64,000 nucleotides of DNA from an uncultured archaeon (GCA_964534625.1 CAZHRF010000007.1:11170-75169), one strand, 5' to 3'. Positions 8,250-18,489 are shown, numbered from the stretch's first letter. Program-made: numbers and translations. Notes: generated by a model not told the origin, from the sequence alone.

Positions 8250-9563
8250 TCAATACAAAATACTATTATGTATTAGATGATCTTTACAATCTATCTCTTT
8301 ATAGTTTCTACTGGGATCCCAAAATGAAATTTCATGTTTATTCAAGAAATCTTCTTTTTCCATTTTTTTATCTACATCAAAATATTTTTCCTTAATTTTA
8401 TATTCTTTTTTTTGTTGTTCAAATGTTTTAATGTGAAACTCTAAATCCATTCTCACACAAATATTATGCCTTCTGACATTTTTTCTGAATTGTTTTATAA
8501 GTATATCAGACCAAATTGGTTCATGTATATAATAATCCTCCTTGGTTTGCCCAAGCTTCCTTGGATTATACTGATCATATTCCTGATCTAAGGGTCTATA
8601 TCTACAATCAGCGATTTGTACTTTCCATTCAAAGCATTTTGCACGCTTTTTTTCCATTTCATTAAAAGGAATGTCATAATTATAAAGCATGAATACTTCT
8701 AGATTCTTACTATTGTAACCCGCTTCTTCTAAGATGTCCAATTGTTTTTTAATCTGTTCTGCTTGCTTATATCCCCAATCCCATGCAATTCGTACTTGGC
8801 GAAATCCAGCTGTTTTAATTTTGGTTGCCAATTCTGGATCTTTTCTAAGCAGTCTCCCATCAAACCCACTTTGAGATTCACACCATTTTATTGTCTTATC
8901 TTCTTTTAATTGTATTAGTTCATCCAATATATCATGAATATGTGGGTTTTGTAGGAAATTGTTGTCATAGAAAACTAGTTTCTTTTTGAAAATTTTCTTT
9001 TTTATTGATTTTTCATAACTTTCTACTGGTTCAATGATCCATACTCCACAAAATTCGCATTTTCTAAAGCAACCTCTTTGTGAATGAATAATTTGGTAAT
9101 CTACTTCTGGAACGTATTTATTATACATCTGTTTCAATTTATATCGTGGTATCTCTTCTGCTTCTTTCATAATAGTCTTGAAAACAGAATCACAACCTGT
9201 AAGCTTTTTAGTCTTTTCTTTTCCAAACAAGCTTGCAGCTATTCCACCAACAACAATTTTGGAGTGCGGATATTTATTTCTGTGAACGGAAACACATTCT
9301 TTAACATAAGAGATCCAATAGGTGAATAGCGATGTTATCCAGACTTCATTTGGTATGAACTCTTTTGGAGTTTCATTATTTTGGAAAAAGTGGTCTAATG
9401 TTACATATCTATTATTTTTATCATTCATGACAATTTTTACTCTATTACCTTTTAATTCTAACATTGCTGCAAGTTTTAATAAACTTGAAGGTAAGAAGTT
9501 TTTATGTTTTTTACTCTTAGTAGGAATAGGGAAGTCTGGCTGTACGAGTAAGTATTTTTTCAT
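8250..9563 (-). CDS. Radical SAM enzyme with N-terminal B12-binding-like domain
   Basis: CxxxCxxC motif GCFRKCEFC encoded at nt 9048-9071 (Cys165/169/172). The N-terminal LPSSLLKLAAMLELKGNRVKIV pattern is typical of the Rossmann-like B12-binding domain fused to radical SAM cores. Confidence 0.75.
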   Translation of the reverse strand: MKKYLLVQPDFPIPTKSKKHKNFLPSSLLKLAAMLELKGNRVKIVMNDKNNRYVTLDHFFQNNETPKEFIPNEVWITSLFTYWISYVKECVSVHRNKYPHSKIVVGGIAASLFGKEKTKKLTGCDSVFKTIMKEAEEIPRYKLKQMYNKYVPEVDYQIIHSQRGCFRKCEFCGVWIIEPVESYEKSIKKKIFKKKLVFYDNNFLQNPHIHDILDELIQLKEDKTIKWCESQSGFDGRLLRKDPELATKIKTAGFRQVRIAWDWGYKQAEQIKKQLDILEEAGYNSKNLEVFMLYNYDIPFNEMEKKRAKCFEWKVQIADCRYRPLDQEYDQYNPRKLGQTKEDYYIHEPIWSDILIKQFRKNVRRHNICVRMDLEFHIKTFEQQKKEYKIKEKYFDVDKKMEKEDFLNKHEISFWDPSRNYKEIDCKDHLIHNSILY

Positions 9564-9737
9564 GGCACATCCTAGTTATATGTGACGATGTCTTTTTAGG
9601 AAACAAGAAAACAACTGCCATTTTATTATCTATCAAATGTTTCTAGAATCTTTTTTTTAGATTTATAGTGTGTATATTATCTATTTGTACAATTTTTTGT
9701 AGAAAGAATTATTAATATATTAAAGAGACGAATATAT

Positions 9738-10223
9738 ATGGACTATAATGATTATAATTTCCGAAATGCAAAATCCATTTTGAAAGATAAATTAGTGTTA
9801 TCCAAAGTTGATCAAACTTTACAAAACTTGAGTAAAATATCAAGTGATGAAAGAGTCTTCACACAAATAGTCTCACATTTTGAAAATTATCATATTTGGG
9901 AAAAAAATTATTCTTTAACAGGACAGAATGAAATCAACGAAAAATATCATTTATATGACAAATTTAACAAGATAGCAATTGGTATTACAATCACAAGAAA
10001 AGAATTTGTAACTGAAACAATTCTGAAACTTATGTTAGGCTATAATGATTTAATAACAGATGTAGGCATAATTATTGTACCAAACTCACTTGAGGATGCA
10101 GAAAAACTTGCTAGTTCATACCAGGCTTCACCTACACTTGAATATTGTAAGTCTTATCTTGAAACATACAGTTCTATAGTCACCATACCTGTTTGGGTCA
10201 TAGGTTTGATTATAGAAAAGTAA
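9738..10223 (+). CDS. Hypothetical protein (161 aa), possibly a degenerate restriction-endonuclease-like fold
   Basis: ORF with its own AT-rich upstream region. The segment YDKFNKIAIGITIT...DVGIIIVP resembles the strand pattern of BglII-like nucleases, but the acidic catalytic residues are not evident. Confidence 0.35.
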   Translation: MDYNDYNFRNAKSILKDKLVLSKVDQTLQNLSKISSDERVFTQIVSHFENYHIWEKNYSLTGQNEINEKYHLYDKFNKIAIGITITRKEFVTETILKLMLGYNDLITDVGIIIVPNSLEDAEKLASSYQASPTLEYCKSYLETYSSIVTIPVWVIGLIIEK

Positions 10224-10276
10224 GTAGAAATTATCCTATACTCTTTTTCTTATCAATATTTATAATCCAATATGTT

Positions 10277-11128
10277 TCAAGTCTTTCTAAAGGCATATTT
10301 TCTGCCTTTTTCATAATACATTTTGGTTATATCTAAGATATTACTGGTAATATTTTTTTTGAGCTGCCATAATTTGAATTGTATTTTGTCATCATTGATA
10401 ACATAATTTACCTCAAAATGGATTAGGATAATCTCACGCAATTCACCAATTGATTTAAGATATATATAGGGTAAAACAAGCTGATGTAGACTCTGTGATT
10501 CTTTAGTTCCCCTTTTCAACTCTATTAAAACAACATATTTATCATTTTCCACTGCATGATCTATTTCAAATTGCGTTTCTTCAATAATAACAATATTGTT
10601 TCCAATTTTACATTCTCCAACTACAATGCTTTGTAGTCTTCCACATGGTTCTAGTGGTTTTCCAACACTATATCCAAGAACATTTTCTAAATAGTGTCTT
10701 AAAATCTTTAATCGTTTAAACAGAAAGAAACCATTTTCTTCGTTGTTAATCTCACTGCGCAATAATAATGACGGTTCTTTGATTATATTTGGTTTTAAGT
10801 TTAATGAATTATCTTTCTTGCAGATGGGAAGTTTTGGGAAAATAGATGGATACTTACGATTTGGTCCTGTTTTTGTTATTACACACCCTCCACTTACATG
10901 TCTGAATAACTCTAAGTCATTCTCTTTTAATATTCTCGGTAATGTTTTATATTCATAATGGGGGATCATTCTAACTGGTGATGAATTAACCGCCTTCTCC
11001 TTGAACACTTCATTAGTTATTTCAAACGTTGTAGGACCGTTTTTCATCTTTAGCCATTTTTGTATTTCTTTACTGGCAGAACTTTTATAGAAAATTTTTT
11101 CCCAATTTGTATTTTTACTCATTAACAA
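10277..11128 (-). CDS. Hypothetical protein with PD-(D/E)xK nuclease-like motif
   Basis: FEIDHAVENDKYVVLIELKRG gives a D-x10-ExK arrangement in a beta-strand context. No other recognisable domain. Confidence 0.45.
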   Translation of the reverse strand: MLMSKNTNWEKIFYKSSASKEIQKWLKMKNGPTTFEITNEVFKEKAVNSSPVRMIPHYEYKTLPRILKENDLELFRHVSGGCVITKTGPNRKYPSIFPKLPICKKDNSLNLKPNIIKEPSLLLRSEINNEENGFFLFKRLKILRHYLENVLGYSVGKPLEPCGRLQSIVVGECKIGNNIVIIEETQFEIDHAVENDKYVVLIELKRGTKESQSLHQLVLPYIYLKSIGELREIILIHFEVNYVINDDKIQFKLWQLKKNITSNILDITKMYYEKGRKYAFRKT

Positions 11129-11314
11129 GACTTTTATTTATTTGTTTAAAAAAATCTTTCCTAGATCGGATATAATACAGCTGTAAGTATTTATTGTGTC
11201 TTGATTTCAATTTATGTAATAGGATTTTATTAATAAAAGTAGAATCAAAAGGACTACTACCTAGTTAGAAGGGCATATTAAGACGTTTACTGCTTATTGT
11301 CTTCTTTCATCTTA

Positions 11315-12952
11315 CTAATCTTCTTCAGGAAATATTTTTTTCATATTATTCAGTACTTTTTCTTTTCCCTTTATGTCCCCAATAGATCTAAACAGTTCTA
11401 AGCTCTTGTTGAAATATTTTTTAGCTTTCTTTTTGTTTTTTAAACTTGAATATACATTTCCCATATTAGCTAAAATATTCGCTTGACCTTGCAAGTCATT
11501 GAGTTCATGTTTCAATGCTAGGGCTTCTTCTAATAACTTTAAAGCCTCACTTTCTTTTTCTTGTTCCAAATATATTGTGGCTATATTGTTTAAACATATA
11601 CTCTCTCTAAATGTATCCCCTGTTCTTTTATGTAGATTAAGACTGAGCGTATAATGATCTAAAGCTTTGCTATAGTCTTTGTTTTTTGAAAATAAATTTC
11701 CTATACTGTTAATCACGATAGCTTCAGCATTTTTATCGTTAAGTTTTCTATTAATTTCCAATGATTGTTCATAATATTCTTTAGCTTTAGAAAGATTACT
11801 GGTTTTTGTTAAAACTGATCCCATATTATGCAACGTTGCAGCTTGAATTTTTTGATCTTTCATTTCTTTAGCGTTTTCAAGTGTTTCATTATAGTATTCT
11901 AATGCTTTAGTATACTTTCCCCAATTCTCATAAACATTTCCTATGTTATTGATGATAATGTTCTCCATTTTTAGATCGTTATTTTCTGAAGCCATTGTTT
12001 GTGCTTTCATAAAGTGCCCTAATGCTTTCTGATACATTCCTTGTTTATTATACAGTAGGCCAATATTGCTGTATACTGTATAAACGATCGCTTTATTTCC
12101 ACACGATTCATTAATTGCTATACTTTTTTTATAGTATTCAATTGCTTTTTCAAATTGTCCTGTAATTTCATATAGAGCAGCTAAGTTATTCGTTATTATT
12201 GCTTCCAAGTTCTTATCTTTTATCATCTTTGCTCCATATAGCGCCTCTTCATAATTAATAATGGCTTCTTTGTTCTCACCTTGCTGTTTGTGTAATAGCC
12301 CAATATTATTTAATATTCTAACTTGAAGTTCAACATTATTTGTTGTTTTAGCCATTTTCAGCGCTTTCGAATAATAGTCCTTTGCTTGCTTGTAATTCCC
12401 TAACTTTTTTTCAATGAAACCAATATTATTAGCTGCTAACGCTGCTGCATGTAGATCATCTAACACTTCGTTAAGTGCTAGAGATTTTTCATAATACTCT
12501 TTAGCTAATCCCATTTCTTTCAGTTGCTCATATAGATACGCTAGGTTGTTTAAGGTTACCCCCTCTCCTACTTTATCATTAATTTTTCTTCTTATTTCAA
12601 GTGACCATTCAAAATACTTTATAGCTGCCTTAGTTTCATTTAATTTCATAGAACAAGCTGCTAAGTTATTTAATGTGTTTCCTGCTTCTTTTAGATCATT
12701 CAACTTTTCTCGTAACTCTAAAACCTTTTTAAATAGCTTACTTGCCATAGAATAATTTTTCATGTCATAGAAAACACTTGCCATTCTATTTGTAAGATTT
12801 GCTTCTCCTTCCTTGTTATCTGTTTTGTTGTATTCGCTAATGGCTCTTTCCCACTTTTTATACCACTCAGTAATATTGCCTTTTTGTAGATGTTTTTTTC
12901 CCTCTTTCACAAGAGAATTAATTTGATCTTCATTTTGGTTCATAAGGATCAC
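11315..12952 (-). CDS. Tetratricopeptide (TPR) repeat protein
   Basis: More than 10 tandem ~40-aa repeats with the pattern NNIG..Y...G.Y.KA..YY..SL.I...L.D (TPR_12-like). No NTPase domain. Confidence 0.85.
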   Translation of the reverse strand: MILMNQNEDQINSLVKEGKKHLQKGNITEWYKKWERAISEYNKTDNKEGEANLTNRMASVFYDMKNYSMASKLFKKVLELREKLNDLKEAGNTLNNLAACSMKLNETKAAIKYFEWSLEIRRKINDKVGEGVTLNNLAYLYEQLKEMGLAKEYYEKSLALNEVLDDLHAAALAANNIGFIEKKLGNYKQAKDYYSKALKMAKTTNNVELQVRILNNIGLLHKQQGENKEAIINYEEALYGAKMIKDKNLEAIITNNLAALYEITGQFEKAIEYYKKSIAINESCGNKAIVYTVYSNIGLLYNKQGMYQKALGHFMKAQTMASENNDLKMENIIINNIGNVYENWGKYTKALEYYNETLENAKEMKDQKIQAATLHNMGSVLTKTSNLSKAKEYYEQSLEINRKLNDKNAEAIVINSIGNLFSKNKDYSKALDHYTLSLNLHKRTGDTFRESICLNNIATIYLEQEKESEALKLLEEALALKHELNDLQGQANILANMGNVYSSLKNKKKAKKYFNKSLELFRSIGDIKGKEKVLNNMKKIFPEED

Positions 12953-13210
12953 AAATATAATTTATTCCAACAAAACATAATGGTATTTGACTTACAAAAA
13001 TCTTTACTAATAGCATTTATTTGTAATAAGTCGGATTTGTTCTTGCGCTCTTATGATCTGGTTTTCTTTATCCGTGATATTCTCTCTTCCTGCAGTTAAA
13101 GATAATTACCTATGTTATTTTAGATGTTTTTCCCATACAATAAAAAAAGATTTTTCAAATATTTTCTTCCTTTTTCTTCATAATGTAAAAAAGAGAAGAA
13201 AAGTATGTTT

Positions 13211-14368
13211 TTAGTCGGTACTGACTTCTTTTTTGTCCGTACTCATATCACCCATTTTTTTCGTTTCCTTACTCTCTTCACTCTTAAACTTTGACTTGTT
13301 TTTCTTCAATATTTCAACGAGCGCTAACATGATTGGTACTTCGATTAACACTCCTACCACTGTTGCTAATGCAGCACCTGTTCCAATGATATCTGAGAGC
13401 ATAAGAGCTACTGCAATAGCCACTTCAAAATGATTTGAAGTTCCAACTAACGCAACAGGAACCGCATCTTCATATTTCAATTTGGCTATTCTAGCTATAT
13501 AATACCCAATAAAGAAGATAAGGAAGAACTGAACAGTAAGCGGAACCGCAATAATGAGAATTATCAAGGGTTTTTCAATTATTACACTTCCTTGGAGAAT
13601 AAATAATATGACGAGTGTAAATAAGAGTGCACCTTTTGAAAGTTTACTCATAATAGGTCTGAAAGTTTTTTTGAACCATTCTTCGCCTTTATGTTTAAGT
13701 AATAGTTCCCTTGAAGTATAGCCAACTATCAATGGTAATCCAACGAAAATGAAAATGGAGAAGGCTATTGTATCCCATGGAACGACGATTTCTGTAACTC
13801 CAAGTAATAAAACAGCTAAGGGCGCATATAATAGGATCATAATTAAAGAGTCAATTGCAATCATTACCAGATTCAATCCTTGATTACCTTTGGCAAGATA
13901 CACCCACATGAGAACCATTGCAGTACATGGGGCGATACCTAAGAGGATTAATCCTGCAGTATAGCTTTGAGCCTCTGCTGGTGAAAGAACATTTCTAAAC
14001 ACCACACTAAAGAATAATATTGCTAACCCCATTTTTGTAAACGGTTTAATTAGCCAGTTTATACTTGTTGATAAAATAACTGGTTTAGGGGCCTTTACCG
14101 CTTCAGTCACTTTATTGAAATCTATTTGAACCATAATTGAATAGATCATCAAAAAGAGACAAACTGCAATTGGAATGGAAACATGAGCAATCTCAAATTC
14201 AGAAAGAAACGTGGATAAGTTGGGCGATAAATAGCCAATTCCTATACCTAATAGGATACACAAGGCTACCCAAACTGTCAAATATTTTTCAAAAATACCT
14301 AGATCTGCTACATATTTCTCTTTTTTAAATTCTGTACTAATTGTAATCACCTTTGAACAAATCGACAT
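13211..14368 (-). CDS. acr3: ACR3 family arsenite efflux transporter
   Basis: About 10 TM helices. N-terminal FEKYLTVWVALCILLGIGIG and the conserved Cys segment LGIAPCTAMVLMW are characteristic of ACR3/BART-superfamily arsenite carriers. Confidence 0.75.
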   Translation of the reverse strand: MSICSKVITISTEFKKEKYVADLGIFEKYLTVWVALCILLGIGIGYLSPNLSTFLSEFEIAHVSIPIAVCLFLMIYSIMVQIDFNKVTEAVKAPKPVILSTSINWLIKPFTKMGLAILFFSVVFRNVLSPAEAQSYTAGLILLGIAPCTAMVLMWVYLAKGNQGLNLVMIAIDSLIMILLYAPLAVLLLGVTEIVVPWDTIAFSIFIFVGLPLIVGYTSRELLLKHKGEEWFKKTFRPIMSKLSKGALLFTLVILFILQGSVIIEKPLIILIIAVPLTVQFFLIFFIGYYIARIAKLKYEDAVPVALVGTSNHFEVAIAVALMLSDIIGTGAALATVVGVLIEVPIMLALVEILKKNKSKFKSEESKETKKMGDMSTDKKEVSTD

Positions 14369-14483
14369 ATCGCGATATATAACTTTTTTCCAATAACCAT
14401 TTTTCAGAAGAAACTAAAGTAGATGAATGGAGCAAACTAATATATAGAGCTATAATAATAATGTGATTAAAAGAAGGTTATTA

Positions 14484-14946
14484 TCATGACCGCAGTTTTT
14501 TTGGGTCTTCAATTCTTTTTTGGGCTTCAATGAGTGCTTTGTTGATATGTGTTCCTCCACCTAGTTTAGTGTTTAATAACACTTCTAAGGGGTCTCTTAC
14601 ATACTTGGTTAAATCTATAACTGGTGTCAAATGCTAGAAGATCAACTTCTACTTTAGGCAATTCAGCAAAAATAGAGGCAAGTATAACTGTTTGAACCAT
14701 AGCTTCTAACATCGACCCGCTCTGGTCTACTACTACAATAATTTTTGTAGGAAGTTCCTTTTTTCCTGCTCGATGATAGTATAGTCTATCTACGTACAGT
14801 TTTTTATCTATGGTATCATAGTTAGGCAGATTTTTCCAAATGGTGCGTTGAAGGTTTAAATTACGAAAAATCTTTTTGCGAACAATATCGGAATTGGGTA
14901 TTTTTTGATCCACACCGCGAACAAGTCTTAGACGTATACGATTCAC
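14484..14946 (-). pseudogene. VWA (CoxE-like) domain gene fragment, frameshifted and truncated
   Basis: The ORF carries the MIDAS motif VVVDQSGSM and ends at 14566. A neighbouring frame continues with RDPLEVLLNTKLGGGTHINKALIEAQKRIEDPKKLRS-stop (to 14484), the expected next VWA block. Neither the rest of the domain nor the long N-terminal region of CoxE-type proteins is present. Confidence 0.5.
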
Positions 14947-15113
14947 TGACTGCTAGGATGCGATGGGCTTTCCTTTATAAACTTGTCAAATTTTCCTACA
15001 TTTGTCCAAAAAAAATCATGGAAATGTTGAAATAATCTTCTTTCATAACTATCTTTATAAAAGATATAATAGGTGATAGTATTTCGTTCTTCAAGAGAAA
15101 CAATGAAAAATCG

Positions 15114-15728
15114 ATGGATGAGTTATTTATAGACGACTGCAATATTCTGGAAGATTCGTTCCATTTGATGAATGATGCGGTGGTGGCGTTTTTAGAGGGA
15201 CGATTTGATGATGCAGAAACATTCACTAAAAAAGTTATTAGTTATGAAAAAAAACAAGATCGGTTAAGCGAAAAAATCATCGAACGACTATTTGGCAGAG
15301 AAACTATGGTTTTTTCAAGATCTGATCGATTACATATAGTTGAATCGCTGGATAGAATTGTAGACAAAGTTGAGATTGTTGTGAGGAAGTTGGTTCAGTA
15401 CAGACATACCATCCAGGGAGATATGGCAAAAGGTATAAACGATATAGCCCATAAAAATGCACAGATAGGAACAAAGGTAAAAGAGTTAATTATTGCTGTT
15501 CTAGAAGATTTTGAAAAAGCAAAAGATATTGTAATAACAATAACCGATCTTAGACGGGATGTAAGAGATCAACATTGGCAACTCTTGAAGTTGAATTATA
15601 CATCTGATCCTGGTTATCTTGTCTTTTCACATATTGAAACACTCGTAAAAGATTTATGCAAATGTGCAGATAGAGCAGAGGAATTTGCAGATGAGATATT
15701 TGGACTAATATCTAAATATGCTCTTTAA
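15114..15728 (+). CDS. DUF47 / PhoU-like protein (phosphate transport regulator-related)
   Basis: Helical ~200-aa protein immediately upstream of a PiT transporter, which is the conserved DUF47-PiT pairing. The pattern EKKQDRLSEKIIERLF...DRIVDK fits the family. Confidence 0.7.
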   Translation: MDELFIDDCNILEDSFHLMNDAVVAFLEGRFDDAETFTKKVISYEKKQDRLSEKIIERLFGRETMVFSRSDRLHIVESLDRIVDKVEIVVRKLVQYRHTIQGDMAKGINDIAHKNAQIGTKVKELIIAVLEDFEKAKDIVITITDLRRDVRDQHWQLLKLNYTSDPGYLVFSHIETLVKDLCKCADRAEEFADEIFGLISKYAL

Positions 15729-15753
15729 TTAGTTTAAAGCGAAGGCGATATTA

Positions 15754-16758
15754 ATGGATCCTTTTGTAATTGCAATCATAATATTGATGTTTGCCTTGGC
15801 ATTTGGCATCGGATCGAATGATGAAACTATGGCACCTTTAGTGGGTAGTCGGGCAATAAAATTTTCCTATGTCATAATGATTGGTTCATTTATGGCTTTT
15901 GTTGGGGTGGTTTTTCTTTCATCTAGAGTTGGCAAAATGATAGGTGAAAACTTACTTAGTGAAAATGTTGAATATAATGCATTAATGATGTTATCTGTTA
16001 TTGTGAGTACAACAATTTGGTTAATAGTTGCCAGTCGTACGGGTGCTCCAATATCTACGACACATTCAGTTGTAGGGGCGGTTTTTGGTATAGCTATCAT
16101 CTGGGGTTTTTCAGATGAAGGTAATTTTATTGGAGCAATTAATTGGGTAAAGATGCTAGATGTTGTATTAGGATGGATATTTTCGCCTATATTGGGGTTT
16201 CTTGGTGCGTATTTTATTCAACTGCTTGTATCTAAGTTTATTAAAATTCAACAAGCTGGGTTAAATAAACTCGAGAAGATGGAAAAGAATTTCTTGTATT
16301 ATTTAGTTGTTTTTATTTGTTGGACACAGATTAGTCGAGGAGGAAATGATTCAGCCAACGCTCTGGGTATTATGTATGGTTTAAGCCCTGAACTATTGGA
16401 TCCGCAATATTATCTCCTATTAACTATCTTAACCGGTCTCATGTTGGCTTTAGGCTTGATTGTTGTAGGAAGAAATGTTATTAAAAATGTAGGAAAAAAC
16501 TTAATAGAAATGCGTCCATCTGATGCTTTTAGTATTCAAGTGTCAACTTCTATAGTGCTATTTTTAGCCACAATATTGGGTTTACCTGTTTCCGGTAGTC
16601 ATATCTTAATTTTTGCTATAATAGGTGCAGGAAGAGTTAAAGGTGAAAGACCTGATAGAAAAAGTTTCAGGAAAATGATTATCAGCTGGATAATAACTTT
16701 TCCAGCAGCTGGATTCTTATCTGCTATATTATATGTCTCTCTAAAACTTATTTTTTAA
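15754..16758 (+). CDS. PiT family inorganic phosphate transporter
   Basis: Duplicated signature GSNDETMAPLVGS and GGNDSANALG. Polytopic membrane protein. Confidence 0.85.
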   Translation: MDPFVIAIIILMFALAFGIGSNDETMAPLVGSRAIKFSYVIMIGSFMAFVGVVFLSSRVGKMIGENLLSENVEYNALMMLSVIVSTTIWLIVASRTGAPISTTHSVVGAVFGIAIIWGFSDEGNFIGAINWVKMLDVVLGWIFSPILGFLGAYFIQLLVSKFIKIQQAGLNKLEKMEKNFLYYLVVFICWTQISRGGNDSANALGIMYGLSPELLDPQYYLLLTILTGLMLALGLIVVGRNVIKNVGKNLIEMRPSDAFSIQVSTSIVLFLATILGLPVSGSHILIFAIIGAGRVKGERPDRKSFRKMIISWIITFPAAGFLSAILYVSLKLIF

Positions 16759-16836
16759 AACAATCCACTTATTACTACGAATAAGACAAATACTGGGGAA
16801 AGAACTAATTTATTTGAAATACCTTTGTTTTTTTGG

Positions 16837-17226
16837 TTAGTTGTTTGATACTAAAGGATTTAGAATATATTTCTGTTTTAATCTAATAATCTCAACTTGG
16901 TTTTGAAGAAAATCTTTACCGGCTCCAGTTATTATATATACTCTAGACTTCCTCCCTCGTCTTTTTTTTACCTCAGAAGAGAGTTGTTTTTGTTTTTCCA
17001 ATAATCTCAGTTCAGGATAAATAGTACCAGATTTAATATCAACTAATCCATTTGAATGGTTGTCATAGTATTTCATTATATCATAACCAGTCGAGTTAGG
17101 ATGCTCTAAAATATATGCCAAACAAATTATACGAACTAAAGGAAGAGGTTCGAGAAGATTCACCCTATCTGGATGCTCTTCCTCTAGTGAATTATCATCG
17201 TTCATAGTCCAAAATACAACTAACAA
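16837..17226 (-). CDS. PadR family transcriptional regulator
   Basis: ILEHPNSTGYDIMKYY...KSGTIYPELRLLEKQKQL matches the PadR winged-helix signature. Confidence 0.65.
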   Translation of the reverse strand: MLVVFWTMNDDNSLEEEHPDRVNLLEPLPLVRIICLAYILEHPNSTGYDIMKYYDNHSNGLVDIKSGTIYPELRLLEKQKQLSSEVKKRRGRKSRVYIITGAGKDFLQNQVEIIRLKQKYILNPLVSNN

Positions 17227-17320
17227 TCGAAAAAGGTTTTGTTTTAGTCAAGCACGTAAATAATAATTATCATAAAAAATATAAAAAAAGGACTTATAGA
17301 ACGGATTGTTGTTGTCTGTC

Positions 17321-17800
17321 TTATATTAGGGAAGAAAGTATTGCTGTATAAGAACTAAAGAATAGCACAATTATTCCAAATAGAATATTTACAAACAAAG
17401 TTAGTATGTTGATTTTGTTCCAAAGTTTTTTTTCGATTGTTAAATGTTCGAGAACAAATCCTCTAAAAATCGCAATTACAGCCATAAGAAAGTAAAGAAT
17501 GTGCTTTGCAAAGAGAAAAATTGAATACTGATTCTCTGTAGAAAAAATGCTGGATGCTAGTTGTGATCGTCTTGTCATTAATAATCCAGTTGCAAATAGA
17601 CCTATAATGCATATCAGAATAACAATTCTCAACCTTTTTTTCAACTCCCAGAGAAATGCTTTTCTTTCTTGGGGGTTGGGCATCATTTTACGAATAAGGG
17701 GTATGAGTACAAAACCCATAATGATCATTCCGCCTATCCACAAAACTGTAAATAAATTGTGCAAAAAACTCACTAAAATTGGTATAATTACATTTGTCAT
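17321..17800 (-). CDS. Integral membrane protein (about 4 TM helices)
   Basis: Four hydrophobic helices. Lies upstream of and co-directional with the PadR gene. No motif recognised. Confidence 0.5.
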   Translation of the reverse strand: MTNVIIPILVSFLHNLFTVLWIGGMIIMGFVLIPLIRKMMPNPQERKAFLWELKKRLRIVILICIIGLFATGLLMTRRSQLASSIFSTENQYSIFLFAKHILYFLMAVIAIFRGFVLEHLTIEKKLWNKINILTLFVNILFGIIVLFFSSYTAILSSLI

Positions 17801-18027
17801 TTTACCATCAAAAAACCATATGTAGGTAACCTATATATATTTTGAGATTTAGCTAAACTTGTAAGAAATTTATCTAGTATTATTTAAAACACGTACATGG
17901 AATTCTATCGTTGAGTTTTATTGCTGTAGTAAGTAATTTTATAAAAAAAAGAAGGAGATAAAATCTTTTTAATCTTCTTTTTCTTCTTATTTTTTTAAAA
18001 ATTTATTTTAATTGAGTACTTCTTGAA

Positions 18028-18489
18028 CTATTCTTCAAGAATATTTTTGCAATAACGTAAAGCTTCTTGTTCTCTTTCTTGTAACAATTTTAAAGCTTCT
18101 TTGTAGGGAAACCATTGATATTTTTTGTATTCTTCCAGATTAAGAATAGGTTCAATGGTAGAGCTAACTCTGACGATAAACACATTTTGGTAAATTGTTT
18201 CTATCTCTTCCTCATACTTTAGTTGTTCTTCCTCTGTTGGTTCATATGCAATTTCTAATCCTGTGTTGATTAAGATCATTGGAGATAAAGCAAAATCATC
18301 CATTAAAATACGTCTAACAGCATCTTCAGCTTTTTCTTTATGAAGAGTGTCCGCACGAATGTCTCCCCATTTTGTTTCTTTATCTAAAGAAGCACAAAGT
18401 AGGTATTGCCAAGAATCATCATTTAGACGGACAATGAAAACCACAACACGTTCTAATATCGCCATATACGGAAGTACATCTACATACAT
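18028..18489 (-). CDS. Hypothetical protein (possibly degenerate Nudix-like)
   Basis: The WGDIRADTLHKEKAEDAVRRILMDDFAL segment loosely resembles a Nudix box but lacks the REUxEE residues. Confidence 0.3.
   Translation of the reverse strand: MYVDVLPYMAILERVVVFIVRLNDDSWQYLLCASLDKETKWGDIRADTLHKEKAEDAVRRILMDDFALSPMILINTGLEIAYEPTEEEQLKYEEEIETIYQNVFIVRVSSTIEPILNLEEYKKYQWFPYKEALKLLQEREQEALRYCKNILEE

Noticed and set aside
8250-9563. Radical SAM gene as a prokaryotic viperin-type antiviral enzyme
   Set aside because: The CxxxCxxC sits mid-protein after a B12-binding-like domain, and the overall layout does not resemble viperin, which has an N-terminal cluster motif and a compact ~300-aa core.
11315-12952. 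TPR protein as a STAND/NLR-like defence sensor
   Set aside because: It consists only of TPR repeats. No P-loop NTPase or effector domain is present in the ORF or adjacent to it.
13150-13205. Inverted repeat TTTTCTTC...GAAGAAAA downstream of the ACR3 gene as a special element
   Set aside because: It is a short AT-rich stem next to T-runs, most simply a transcription-termination region. It does not recur elsewhere in the window.
13211-14368. ACR3 plus the ArsA-family ATPase (52988-53977) as an ars operon
   Set aside because: The two genes are ~39 kb apart, no ArsR/ArsC/ArsD is present, and the ATPase carries Get3-type features.
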